IMG/VR virus record: IMGVR_UViG_3300010052_000155
Span: 1 to 29,720 of that record
Source of the DNA: a virus
Taxonomy: Duplodnaviria > Caudoviricetes
DNA length: 29,720 bases
Reading direction: 5' to 3' (one strand)
Positions 8,137 to 17,125 of this stretch are shown here, in pieces; position 1 is the first letter of the stretch, and every line of letters begins with the position of its first letter. Both the position numbers and the translations under genes were made by a program. The notes under the pieces are model-generated. The model was not told where the DNA came from. It was given only the letters and a program-made list of their open reading frames with translations, and did no database searches.

Positions 8137-8340
8137 ATGGCCGCCCAAACGCTCGACGAACGCATCGCCGAAATCGAATCGCAGATCGATTCAGGCGTGA
8201 CGACGTTCACCGCGGACGGCGTCACGACGACGGTCGATCTCGAGTTTCTCAAGTCGCGGTTGTCGGAACTGAAGGCGGAAAAGGCGGGCAGAACGGACCG
8301 GGCTCCGTTCGTCTCTCTGAACCTGGGCAGCGCTTGGTAA
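8137..8340 (+). CDS. Head-tail joining protein (lambda gpW-like)
   Basis: 67 aa helix-hairpin-helix pattern (IAEIESQIDSG-VTTFTADGVTTTVDL-EFLKSRLSEL), directly before the portal. Confidence 0.75.
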   Translation: MAAQTLDERIAEIESQIDSGVTTFTADGVTTTVDLEFLKSRLSELKAEKAGRTDRAPFVSLNLGSAW

Positions 8341-9767
8341 TGGCGACGCGGAAAATGACGCCGACGGCGAAACGTCGGTCGAAAGCAGCGGGGGCCAGTG
8401 GCTCGCGCGCTCTCGGCTATGACGCCGCCGAAACGTCGAAGCGTCGCAAAGCGCCTTGTTCGACGATCACGTCCGAAGATGCCGTCGTCACGTCGAAGAA
8501 ACGCGACACGCTCGTCGGCGGGGCTCGCGATGTCGCCCGCAATTTCGCAATCGCCGCGTGGGCCATCCGGCGACACCTGGATTACGTCGTCTCACACAAG
8601 CTGCACTGCCGCACGGGCAATGCGGAGTTCGACGTCGAGTTCCAGAAATGGTTCGTCCGGATCACGTCGGCGGACGTGTTCGACGTGGCCGGCCGGCATC
8701 CGTTCGACCGCTATTTGCGGCTGATGGAAGCCGCGAAAGTCGTCGGCGGCGACCTGGGGAACCTGTTCCTTCAGACCGGTCATTTGCAGGCGATCGAAAG
8801 CGATCTGATCCGGGATCCGGAAGACAAGCGGGACGACACGATTCACGGCGTCCGGACGGACATCGCCGGGCGTGCAATCGCCTATCACGTTCGGCCGCGG
8901 GGCCGGAACGGCAAGGGCTACGGCGACGGGCGATGGATCCCGGCCGATAGCTTCTTTCTGCACGCGCAATTTGACCGCTTCGATCAATACCGCGGCATCG
9001 CTCCGATCGTGTCGGGCCTGAACAGCCTGCGCGACCTCTACGAAGGGTTCGACTATGGGCTCGCGAAGCTGAAAGTCGAGCAGCTCTTTTGCATGGCGAT
9101 CTTCCGTAAGGAAGGCGTCGAGCTGCCTGGAACAGAGACGGAAAGCGCGGAGCGCGGCAAATACAAGGTCGACATGGGGAACGGTCCGGTTCTCCTCGAC
9201 CTGGATCCTGGCGACGACGCCAAGTTCCTTAAGAGCGATTCGCCTGGGGCCAATACCCGGGAGTTCCTCGCGGCTGTGGCGATGGTGGCGCTCAAGGCGC
9301 TCGACATCCCTTACAGCTTTTTCGATGAGTCGTTCACCAACTTCTATGGCTCGGTGGGAGCGTGGCGGCATTACGACCGCTCTTGCGTCAGCAAACGCAG
9401 CGACATTCAGGCGTTTCTCAATTGGTGGATGGTCAAGCGGGTTGCCCTGGGGATCGTCCGCGGAGAGCTGCGGATTCCGGCCGGTCTCACGCTCGCAAAT
9501 CCGTGGTGGGAGTTCGTCCCGTCGGGCATGCCGTGGTGGGATCCCTCGAAAGAAATCAACGCGGATCTCCAACGGGTGATGGCCGGTTGGGGCACTCCGC
9601 AGCAAATCGCGAAGGAACGCGGCGTCGGCGATTGGTTCCAGAACATTGAAGAAACGGGCCGGGCCCTCGAGTTCGCGAGAACGAAAGGCGTTTCCGTCTC
9701 ATTCGCTCCGCAGGCTCCGGCCGCGCCGGATCCGGTCGACGATCAGCAGAAGGAAGAGAAGCCGTGA
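8340..9767 (+). CDS. Portal protein, lambda family
   Basis: GYDAA...RR N-terminus, ARDVARN, R.DQYRGI.P and W.DP.KE..A motifs of lambda gpB-type portals. Confidence 0.92.
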   Translation: MATRKMTPTAKRRSKAAGASGSRALGYDAAETSKRRKAPCSTITSEDAVVTSKKRDTLVGGARDVARNFAIAAWAIRRHLDYVVSHKLHCRTGNAEFDVEFQKWFVRITSADVFDVAGRHPFDRYLRLMEAAKVVGGDLGNLFLQTGHLQAIESDLIRDPEDKRDDTIHGVRTDIAGRAIAYHVRPRGRNGKGYGDGRWIPADSFFLHAQFDRFDQYRGIAPIVSGLNSLRDLYEGFDYGLAKLKVEQLFCMAIFRKEGVELPGTETESAERGKYKVDMGNGPVLLDLDPGDDAKFLKSDSPGANTREFLAAVAMVALKALDIPYSFFDESFTNFYGSVGAWRHYDRSCVSKRSDIQAFLNWWMVKRVALGIVRGELRIPAGLTLANPWWEFVPSGMPWWDPSKEINADLQRVMAGWGTPQQIAKERGVGDWFQNIEETGRALEFARTKGVSVSFAPQAPAAPDPVDDQQKEEKP

Positions 9768-10951
9768 AGAAACCCGCACTCGACAAAGCGCCTGAACACG
9801 TTCGCTCATTCTCCGGCCGCGGCCTTGCCGCTGCGAAGGAAGGCGAGAAACGCGTCGACCGCAAGGGGGGCGAGTTTTCCGCCGGCATCATCCGGGGCGT
9901 CTCGGTCATCACTCGAGGGGAAGCCCTGGGCCATGATGCCTGGATCGACTCGACGTTCCTCGATTCGGTCGCCGGCGCCATGGCGGCCAAGAAAAGCGGC
10001 ATCAAATCACGGTTCACGCATCCCGGCCTTTCGTCGGATGCGATGGGCTCCGCGCTCGGGTTCCTGAAGGATCCGCGGCGCGAAGGCGATCAGGTGTTCG
10101 CCGACCTGCATTTCACGGAAGCCTCTCACACGTCGCCGCGTGGCGACCTGGGCTCCTATGTGATGCAGCTCGCGGAAGAGACGCCGGAAGAGTTCGGATT
10201 GTCGATCGTGTTCGATGACGACCTCGAGGCGGAATCCGCTCACCTGAATGAGCATTCGGAAGAACTGACGGACACGGATCCCGACACGGGCCGCCGGCGG
10301 AAGCTGAAGCGGTTCAAGTCGCCGGATCCGGACAACGTCAAGAACCTGCAACACGTCCGGCTTTCCAGTCTGCGGGCCGGCGACGTCGTCGACACGCCGG
10401 CCGCCAACGCCGGCGGCATGTTCTCCGAAGATCGTCACGACGCGTTGATCATCGAAGCGGAACGGTCAATGGCGTACGCGCTGGGGCTCGAGGGGGCGAC
10501 CGCTCCCGACGGCTCGGCATTTTCGATTCATCCTGAACGGCTGAAGCGATTCGCGGAGCGTTTCCTCGAGTCGCGGGGCCTGACCATCGTCAAGAAAGAC
10601 GGGGCAAAAATGGCTGAGGGCAAGTCGCCTGCTGACGGTGGGGAACAGAACCCGCCGGCCGACGTCCGCGCGGAATTCGCGGCCAACCTGGACAAGTTCA
10701 CGAAACAGTTCGGCGCGCAGCTCGGAAGCGAATACCTCGCCGCCGGCCTGACCTTCGAAGCCTCGCTCGTGAAGTTCGCCGCGCATCAAGGCGAGAAGAT
10801 CGCCGCCGAAAAGAAGCGGGCCGACGACGCGGAAACCAAGCTGTCGGAAGTGAAGATCGGCGAATCGAAGCCGCTCCCCGCCGGCGACGGCGAGAAGGAA
10901 GCGCCGAAGTCGTTCTCGTCTCTGATCAAGGTTCCGACCGCGAAGAAGTAA
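9764..10951 (+). CDS. Prohead protease / scaffold fusion (putative)
   Basis: Lies between portal and capsid; IIRGVSVITRGEALGH, SRFTH, FGLSIVF and DVVDTPAAN fit a herpes/HK97-fold protease (His...Ser...PA); helical charged C-terminal scaffold-like region. Confidence 0.75.
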   Translation: MKKPALDKAPEHVRSFSGRGLAAAKEGEKRVDRKGGEFSAGIIRGVSVITRGEALGHDAWIDSTFLDSVAGAMAAKKSGIKSRFTHPGLSSDAMGSALGFLKDPRREGDQVFADLHFTEASHTSPRGDLGSYVMQLAEETPEEFGLSIVFDDDLEAESAHLNEHSEELTDTDPDTGRRRKLKRFKSPDPDNVKNLQHVRLSSLRAGDVVDTPAANAGGMFSEDRHDALIIEAERSMAYALGLEGATAPDGSAFSIHPERLKRFAERFLESRGLTIVKKDGAKMAEGKSPADGGEQNPPADVRAEFAANLDKFTKQFGAQLGSEYLAAGLTFEASLVKFAAHQGEKIAAEKKRADDAETKLSEVKIGESKPLPAGDGEKEAPKSFSSLIKVPTAKK

Positions 10952-10953
10952 GC

Positions 10954-11019
10954 CGACGCCTGGGAGGGCGTCGCGACTGAGTTTCCCCTGACCCGGGAAC
11001 ACGCTGCAAAGGATTGCAG
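10954..11019 (+). promoter_or_regulatory. CsrA-type GGA hairpins in the major capsid leader
   Basis: CGACGCC-TGGGAG-GGCGTCG (10954-10973) and CTGCA-AAGGAT-TGCAG (11004-11019), the latter containing the SD, 5 nt before ATG 11025. Confidence 0.7.
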
Positions 11020-11024
11020 GTCCA

Positions 11025-11963
11025 ATGGCTGACAGTTTTTCCACCCTGACCGATCTCGCGAAGATCAACGATACGTCGATCCGCGACCTCGAGGGCCTTT
11101 CCGACATTCTGAACGATGCTCCCCTCTTCGCGGCCCTGGCCGCGGCCGGCTCGAGCAACGGGACGAATCACCAGTACACGAAACAGACCGGGGCTCCGGC
11201 CGTCGGTTTCCGCGCCGCGAATGCCGGCGTCGACATGCTCAAGGCGACCGATACGGTCGTTTCGATGGATCTGAAGATCCTCGACGCGTCGTTCATGGTC
11301 GATATGGCGATCGCCGACGCTTACGGCGGCGGTCCGGAAAAGTGGCTCGCCCGCGAGGGTAAGCGCTTCCTGAAAGCCGCGTTCGCCGCCGGCGAAGGCG
11401 CCGTCCTGAACGGCGTCTCGGGAACCTTTGACGGGCTCCTGCAGGCGATGAACGACATCAGCCCGAACCCGGGCAATATCTACAACGCCGCCGGCGCCGC
11501 CGCGAACGCCGAATCGTCGATCTATCTGATCCGGACGAACGACGACGGCGAGGACGTCACGTTGATCGGCAAGGGTGAAGGCGGCGGAATCAAAATCGCC
11601 CTGGGCGAACCCGTCGTGACGGCCCGCGTCGATGCCAGCGGAAAGACGTTCCCCGCGTACTACGTCCCCTGCCAAGCCTGGATGGGCCTGCAGGTCGGCG
11701 GCCTGTATTCGGTGGTGCGTATCTGCAACATCGCCGCGGCAACGACCGTCAACGACGCGCTCATCTACGAAGCGCTCGCGCTGTTCCCGGCCAGCCGGCA
11801 GCCGAACCTGATCGTGATGAACCGTCCGAACCTGAAGAAGCTGCGAGCCAGCCGAACCGCGACCAACGCGACCGGCGCTCCGGCTCCGCGGCCGACGGAA
11901 GTCGAAGGCATTCCGATCATCGTGACCGACACGCTCGGGATGACCGAAGCCGTCGTCGCGTAA
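11025..11963 (+). CDS. Major capsid protein (epsilon15 gp7 / BPP-1-like)
   Basis: 312 aa; G..H.Y....G.P...FR..N.G, VD.A.AD, F.GL, SSIYL, S..RICNI and C-terminal GIPI...D....TEAV match my recollection of epsilon15 gp7. Confidence 0.85.
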   Translation: MADSFSTLTDLAKINDTSIRDLEGLSDILNDAPLFAALAAAGSSNGTNHQYTKQTGAPAVGFRAANAGVDMLKATDTVVSMDLKILDASFMVDMAIADAYGGGPEKWLAREGKRFLKAAFAAGEGAVLNGVSGTFDGLLQAMNDISPNPGNIYNAAGAAANAESSIYLIRTNDDGEDVTLIGKGEGGGIKIALGEPVVTARVDASGKTFPAYYVPCQAWMGLQVGGLYSVVRICNIAAATTVNDALIYEALALFPASRQPNLIVMNRPNLKKLRASRTATNATGAPAPRPTEVEGIPIIVTDTLGMTEAVVA

Positions 11964-11978
11964 TCCGTGTCCTCCCCT

Positions 11979-12034
11979 GATCGCCGGCGGCCTCGGTCCA
12001 ACCGGGTCGCCGCTGGCCGCCGGCGGTCGTTTTT
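11979..12034 (+). terminator. Intrinsic terminator-like hairpin after the capsid gene
   Basis: GATCGCCGGCGGCC ... GGCCGCCGGCGGTC followed by GTTTTT. Confidence 0.65.
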
Positions 12035-12046
12035 GAGGGTGTGACG

Positions 12047-12421
12047 ATGGATCGAAACAGAATGATCGCGGACCAGTTGAGGCGGGTCCGCAGAAAGTAC
12101 GGCGAGAAGCTCGAGTATCGGCGAGGCGATTTGTTTGCCCTGCCGTGCGTCGGGGTGATCGGCGCGACGATGCAGAAGGTTCTGACCGAAGCGGGAATCG
12201 TGACGGTCGGCCGGATGCGGGATTTCCTGATTGGTGTCGAGGAGCTGGTTTTCGAGGGCGATCGCGTGATCCCGGAAGCGGGGGACCGGATTTGTCGCCT
12301 CGAGCTGGACGGCTCGCCGGTGTTTGAAGCGTTGCCCGATGGCGACGACGTCTTTCACTACAGCGATCCGCTCGAGACTCAATTCCGGATCCATACGAAA
12401 GGGATCGGGTCGGACTCGTGA
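12047..12421 (+). CDS. Head-closure / head-tail adaptor (gpFII-like)
   Basis: Position after the capsid gene, ~124 aa, RDFLI...L......PEAGDRI and RIHTK beta-rich motifs. Confidence 0.65.
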   Translation: MDRNRMIADQLRRVRRKYGEKLEYRRGDLFALPCVGVIGATMQKVLTEAGIVTVGRMRDFLIGVEELVFEGDRVIPEAGDRICRLELDGSPVFEALPDGDDVFHYSDPLETQFRIHTKGIGSDS

Positions 12422-12906
12422 GCGCCGAATTCGTCGAACTGCAGGCGGCAATCGTGGCGGATCTCGCCGGCCGGGTTGATTCGTTCAACTTGACCGGGTG
12501 GGTTCCGAAGCGGGCGTATTTGCCAAAGTTCGACCTCGGCACTCTCCGCAACCTGCAGGTGGTGACAACGCCGGCGTCTCGAGTGAAGTCGGACACGAAC
12601 CGCGGGGTTCGCGGCCGGCGGCTCGAGGCTTACGTCGGCGTCCTCAAGAAACTCGACGCGACGTCTTCCGATCAGGTTTCGCCGCCGGCGAATCTGAGCG
12701 AGCTGGACGGACTGATCGAGTTCGTCGAACGCCTGGACGCCTTGTTTCAGCCTCCGAACCCGTCGGCGTCCGGTCCCTACAGGATCGGGGCGGACGGGAA
12801 ATTCCGGTGCGTCGAGTCGGCGATTGTGCCGCTCTACGACCTGGAACATATGCAGACGCTTCGACAGTTCTCCAGCGTGAACAAGGTCACGTTTGAGGTG
12901 TTTTGA
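12418..12906 (+). CDS. Tail terminator / neck protein (putative)
   Basis: 162 aa in the connector cluster; alternating alpha/beta pattern like gpU; GTGA overlap. Confidence 0.55.
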   Translation: MSAEFVELQAAIVADLAGRVDSFNLTGWVPKRAYLPKFDLGTLRNLQVVTTPASRVKSDTNRGVRGRRLEAYVGVLKKLDATSSDQVSPPANLSELDGLIEFVERLDALFQPPNPSASGPYRIGADGKFRCVESAIVPLYDLEHMQTLRQFSSVNKVTFEVF

Positions 12907-13448
12907 TGGGTCGCGATCGCAACGAACGCGGCTCCGTCAGTGGGTTAAGAGTCAGCCGACGCGACGTCAAATTCGACGGCGTTCTCGTGCTGAACTACGC
13001 CCGATTTTTGGCGGACGACGCCAAGAAACGGGCGGCGAACTATGTCCGCGTGATTGCCCGACGCAGCTTGAAAAAGCCGCGCCGGAAGAGTCTCGCGGAA
13101 ATGCCGCCAGTCGAGCGGCAAGCGTTCCTCGCCAAGCAACGGGCGGCGCGTCGGAAAGGGCTTCCCGCTCCGAAACGGCCGTTCGCAAACGCGAAGCCTG
13201 GAAAGCCTCCTTACAACGACAACGACATCATCCGTCGGCTTCTCGAGTTTGGTGAGACGCCGAACGGCGATTTTGTGATCGGTCCGCGGATCTTCAAACG
13301 CGGAACGGTCTCGCTCCTGGAACACGGGGGCAAGGCGAGACTGCCGGGCTACGGGGGGGAACCGGTGGAAATGGAGTTTCGGGGAAACCCGTTCATGCGT
13401 CCGGCACTGGAAGCCGCGGCGCCAAAGATCCCGGATCTCTTTAGATGA
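12906..13448 (+). CDS. Tail completion protein (HK97 gp10-like)
   Basis: Basic protein with LLEHGG and C-terminal NPFMRPALE motif. Confidence 0.7.
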   Translation: MGRDRNERGSVSGLRVSRRDVKFDGVLVLNYARFLADDAKKRAANYVRVIARRSLKKPRRKSLAEMPPVERQAFLAKQRAARRKGLPAPKRPFANAKPGKPPYNDNDIIRRLLEFGETPNGDFVIGPRIFKRGTVSLLEHGGKARLPGYGGEPVEMEFRGNPFMRPALEAAAPKIPDLFR

Positions 13449-13462
13449 TCGAAGGTGCAAGG

Positions 13463-13900
13463 ATGCAGTACGGAATCGATTGCAAGCTCTACAAGAACAG
13501 CGCCAGCTATGAGACGCCCACTTGGGGTCTCCTGGACATCGTGTCCAACGTCAAACTCAATTGTGAGTATGGCGAAGGCGACTCGACGAACCGGGCCGGC
13601 GGGGGCGTGGAAACCGTCGAGCCGACGTTGAAGAAAATCTCGATCGAGTTCGACGTGAAGGCGGACAATGCGTCGACGCAGTTCACGGCTCTCCGAGACG
13701 CGTTCTGGGCCAAAACGGCGATGGAGATCGCTTGTCTGGATGGGCTCGTCGCGACCGTGGGCTCGAGCGGCATCCGCGGGTGGTTCAAGGTGATCACGTT
13801 CAACCGGGACGAATCCGACGACAACATCGTTGTCTACAACGTCACGCTCAAGCCGTGTCAGGCGGCCAACCCGCTGACAAAAATGGTCATTTCTGTGTAA
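13463..13900 (+). CDS. Tail tube (major tail) protein
   Basis: ~145 aa, beta-rich; GIDCKLY...PTW, D.T.R..GG, L....IEF and F.R.E......Y.VTLKP pattern; no sheath gene, so a non-contractile tail. Alternative start 13445. Confidence 0.8.
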   Translation: MQYGIDCKLYKNSASYETPTWGLLDIVSNVKLNCEYGEGDSTNRAGGGVETVEPTLKKISIEFDVKADNASTQFTALRDAFWAKTAMEIACLDGLVATVGSSGIRGWFKVITFNRDESDDNIVVYNVTLKPCQAANPLTKMVISV

Positions 13901-13967
13901 CGCGGGATCCGCGTTGCTGGTTCTCTGGTCTCGTTTTCAGGTCTCAAGGATGGGGAGGTTTTGAGTC

Positions 13968-14318
13968 ATGGCTGCAAGGAAACCAAAGGTCGAAGTTCCC
14001 GCCGCTCCGGTCGATCCTCTTGTCGAGCGCGAGCAGCTCGCCGCGGCGACGGTCGAAAGCGTGCGCGAGGCGTGCGAATCCATGTCCGATACCTCGATGG
14101 TTCACCATCAGGTGAAGGGGCTCGCGGCGTTGTGTGATCTCGTCGAGAACGATCCCGCCGCGTCCGACGCGGTGAAAGACGTTCGCGGCGTGTGTGTGAA
14201 TTCGGGCCGCGATGCGTTCCGGGGCGTCTATGTCGGAACGCTGAAGATTCTGCGCGAGGCTTACTTGCGTTTGTCGGCTCCGGCCGGCGAACCGACTCCG
14301 GTTGATTCGCCTGTCTGA
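13968..14318 (+). CDS. Hypothetical protein (116 aa)
   Basis: Strong SD GGAGG; helical; sits between tail tube and chaperone. Confidence 0.7.
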   Translation: MAARKPKVEVPAAPVDPLVEREQLAAATVESVREACESMSDTSMVHHQVKGLAALCDLVENDPAASDAVKDVRGVCVNSGRDAFRGVYVGTLKILREAYLRLSAPAGEPTPVDSPV

Positions 14319-14341
14319 TCGTCCTGGCGTTTGATTGTGGA

Positions 14342-14408
14342 ACCGGGCCGCGTTGCCACGACGGCCGCGCGGCCCGGTGCATTTGAAACACTCCGGCAGG
14401 GAGGCCGG
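14342..14408 (+). promoter_or_regulatory. 11-bp hairpin plus SD-sequestering ANGGAN hairpin before the tail chaperone
   Basis: ACCGGGCCGCG/CGCGGCCCGGT (14342-14378), then CCGGC-AGGGAG-GCCGG (14393-14408) 5 nt before ATG 14414. Confidence 0.65.
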
Positions 14409-14413
14409 TCCAA

Positions 14414-14902
14414 ATGGCTCAATTCTCGGATAGTAAATCGGGCGTGTGGCTCGTCAGCGTGACGATGGGCACGGTGAAGCGGGTGAAAGATGAGACGGGC
14501 TTCAATGTCCTGGACCTCGTCGATCCGCGGTCGGATCTGGTGAAGCAACTCGCCCGGGATCCGGTCGATCTGTTTTTGATCCTGACGTCGGTTCTCCGTC
14601 CGCAGCTCGTCGAGCGCGGCATCAGCGACGACCAGTTCGCGGAGTTGCTGAACGAAGCGCAAATCGACGCGGCCTGCACTGCGTTGATGGAGGCGACCTT
14701 CGATTTTTTCCAACCGAAGAAGCGGGGCATTCTGAAGAATGCGCACGCGAAGGTGAACACGGCGTTCGATCGTGTTCGGAATCAGTCGATGGAGGAAGCG
14801 GAACGCGCTCTCGCGAGTCCGACGATCGATCTCGAACTCGAGGAAGCCTTTCGGAAAGGGCTTGGGCTCTCGGCTGGAAGTTCGCCGGCGTCATCGGCGT
14901 AG
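14414..14902 (+). CDS. Tail assembly chaperone (gpG-like)
   Basis: 162 aa upstream of the tape measure; contains DFF encoded by GAT TTT TTC. Confidence 0.8.
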   Translation: MAQFSDSKSGVWLVSVTMGTVKRVKDETGFNVLDLVDPRSDLVKQLARDPVDLFLILTSVLRPQLVERGISDDQFAELLNEAQIDAACTALMEATFDFFQPKKRGILKNAHAKVNTAFDRVRNQSMEEAERALASPTIDLELEEAFRKGLGLSAGSSPASSA

Positions 14903-15144
14903 ACCCGTCCCCGTTCAGTCTTCGGGAGTTGTTCCCGATGTGGGCCGGGAAACGTGACCACGATTGGAGCCAAACCGCGGAGCTGTGGGCCCTGCAGGCG
15001 AATTGCAACCGGGATCCGGCGAAACGATCGAAGGCGTACAGCGCCCGCGATCTCTGCCCCTGGCTCCCGGAACCTCCAAAGAAATCGCAACCGCTCGAGC
15101 GGATCACGCCGCGCGAAATCTCATTGATGCTGTTCGGAAAGTGA
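14704..15144 (+). CDS. -1 frameshift extension of the tail chaperone (gpGT-like)
   Basis: Slippery T TTT TTC at 14704-14710; the -1 frame is open from there to TGA at 15142-15144 and encodes WKFAGVIGVDPSPFSLRELFPMWAGKRDHDW. Confidence 0.75.
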   Translation, partial: FFPTEEAGHSEECAREGEHGVRSCSESVDGGSGTRSRESDDRSRTRGSLSERAWALGWKFAGVIGVDPSPFSLRELFPMWAGKRDHDWSQTAELWALQANCNRDPAKRSKAYSARDLCPWLPEPPKKSQPLERITPREISLMLFGK

Positions 15145-15148
15145 CACG

Positions 15149-17125
15149 ATGGCGGGCAACGCAAAAGCGATCGAAGCCGGACGGGCGTTTGTCCGTCTGT
15201 TCTCGGACGATACGGCGCTCCGTCGAGGTCTGAAGCTCGCGGGCGAGCGGCTCCGCTCCTGGTCGATGAACGCGCTGAAGGTCGCCGGCGGGGCGTTCAC
15301 GCTTGGCGCCGGCATTCTGACGCCGATTCTGGCGGCCGTCGCCGCGTATGAATCGGCCGGCTCGAACCTCGCCGACGCGGCCGCGCGGACCGGGATCCCG
15401 GTCGAGACGCTTTCGGGCCTGCGCTTCGCTGCGGAACAGTCGGCGACGGATCTCGAGACGCTCGAAGCGGGCCTCGGCCGGATGACGAAAGTCGTCGAGA
15501 AGGCTACGCGGGGTTCGAAAGGCGCTGAGGCGGCGTTGAATGACGTCGGCCTCTCGGCTTCCGCGCTCGCCGGGCTCTCTCCCGATGAACAGTTCCGCAC
15601 CATCGCCGAAGCGCTCTCACGGATTCAGGATCCGGGCGAGCGGGCCGCCAAGGCGATGGCGATCTTCGGGAAAGCCGGAACGAAGCTCCTGCCGTTGATG
15701 AACGGCGGGGCGGCCGGGATCCGGGATCTCGAGGAGGAAGCGAAACGGCTCGGCCTGACGATGTCGACAGAAGACGCCGCGGCGGCCGAAACGCTCGGCG
15801 ACAGTATCGGCACGCTGAAAGCCTTGTTCGGGCAGATGGCGGTGGTGATCGGCTCGACGGTCGCTCCGTTGGTGCAGACGTTCACGACGCACGCGATCGA
15901 AGCCTCGAAAATCGTCCTGACGTGGATTCGGGACAATCGCGAGTTGATTCTGACGGCGGTGAAGATCGGGCTTGCGCTGATGACGGCGGCGGCGGCGATC
16001 GCTGCGGTCGCCGTTGCGGGGCTCGGTCTATCCGCCTTGTTCTCGGGTCTCTCGGTCATCATCGGGGCCGTGGGCAGCGTGTTCGCGTTCCTCGGATCGG
16101 CGGTCGCGTTTCTGGTGTCTCCGCTCGGGATTGTTGTCGCCCTGGTCTCCGGGCTGGCGGCCTATGCGTTGTCGGCCGGCGGGGCGATCGAATGGCTGCG
16201 GTCGACCTTCTCGACGCTGACGGCCGGCGCCATGGGTGCGTTCGCCGCGATCGGCAAAGCCATGTCGGCGGGCGACCTCGGCCTCGCGGCCCGCGTCCTC
16301 TGGACCTATCTCAAAAGCGAATGGCAACGCGGGATCAACACGCTGTATTCCGCCTGGGCCGGCGTCCGGAACTGGTTTGTCGGCCTTTGGTCCGACGCGG
16401 TGTTCGGCGTCGTCCGCGTCGCGTTCAAGGTGTGGGGCGCTCTGAAATACGGGTTCAGTGAAGCGGTACGGTTCATGGCCGACGCCTTCTCCGCGTTCAG
16501 CTCGGGATTGATGAAGGGCTGGCATAACACGGTGGGCTTTATCCGGAAGGCGTGGACGCGGCTCAAAGCCCTCTTTAACAGCGACATCAACGTCGACGCC
16601 GAAGTCGAGCGGATCAACAAAGAGACGACGAACAACAACCGGCGCGTCGACACGGATCGGGATTCGCGGATCTCCGCGAGGGATCAGGTCGCGCGGGAAA
16701 ACCGGATCAAGTCGGAACAGGCCGAAAAGGCGTTCCTGGATTCGCTGCGCGAGCAACAGAACGTGGCGGACTCGTCGCGCGAGCAGAAATACGCCGATGA
16801 CCTGCGGCGCTCACAGGAAGAGTTGAAGCGAGCGCAGGACGACTATTCGGCGACGCTCGGGGAAGTGAACGCGTTGCCTGAGACGGCGACGACGAAACCA
16901 GTCCCGACGCCGGCGGAAGTGCGCGTCGATCAGGCCGCGGCGGGGCTCTCGAACGCCGAATCGAAGTTCAGCAGCTCGGGGACGTTCGCGGCCGCCGGCG
17001 TCGCCGGCCTGCAGGTCGGATCTCTCGACAAGCGGATCGCGACGGCGACGGAAAAGACGGCGATTGCGACGAAGAAGATCGCCGACGAGATGGACGATCA
17101 GGGCTTCACTTTGGGCGGTGACTAA
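15149..17125 (+). CDS. Tape measure protein
   Basis: 658 aa, Ala/Gly-rich helical; AGRAFVRL N-terminus, AMAIFGKAGTKLLPLM motif, hydrophobic central segments, periodic W/F. Confidence 0.92.
   Translation: MAGNAKAIEAGRAFVRLFSDDTALRRGLKLAGERLRSWSMNALKVAGGAFTLGAGILTPILAAVAAYESAGSNLADAAARTGIPVETLSGLRFAAEQSATDLETLEAGLGRMTKVVEKATRGSKGAEAALNDVGLSASALAGLSPDEQFRTIAEALSRIQDPGERAAKAMAIFGKAGTKLLPLMNGGAAGIRDLEEEAKRLGLTMSTEDAAAAETLGDSIGTLKALFGQMAVVIGSTVAPLVQTFTTHAIEASKIVLTWIRDNRELILTAVKIGLALMTAAAAIAAVAVAGLGLSALFSGLSVIIGAVGSVFAFLGSAVAFLVSPLGIVVALVSGLAAYALSAGGAIEWLRSTFSTLTAGAMGAFAAIGKAMSAGDLGLAARVLWTYLKSEWQRGINTLYSAWAGVRNWFVGLWSDAVFGVVRVAFKVWGALKYGFSEAVRFMADAFSAFSSGLMKGWHNTVGFIRKAWTRLKALFNSDINVDAEVERINKETTNNNRRVDTDRDSRISARDQVARENRIKSEQAEKAFLDSLREQQNVADSSREQKYADDLRRSQEELKRAQDDYSATLGEVNALPETATTKPVPTPAEVRVDQAAAGLSNAESKFSSSGTFAAAGVAGLQVGSLDKRIATATEKTAIATKKIADEMDDQGFTLGGD

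Noticed and set aside
10926-12596. Long antisense ORFs (556 aa here; also 2178-3386, 8592-9605, 18774-20108)
   Set aside because: Shadow frames opposite well-supported genes, with Arg/Gly/Pro-biased composition typical of high-GC DNA.
14846-14862. CGGAAAGGG as a lambda-like slippery site
   Set aside because: Not in X XXY YYZ register with the chaperone frame; T TTT TTC at 14704 is in register.
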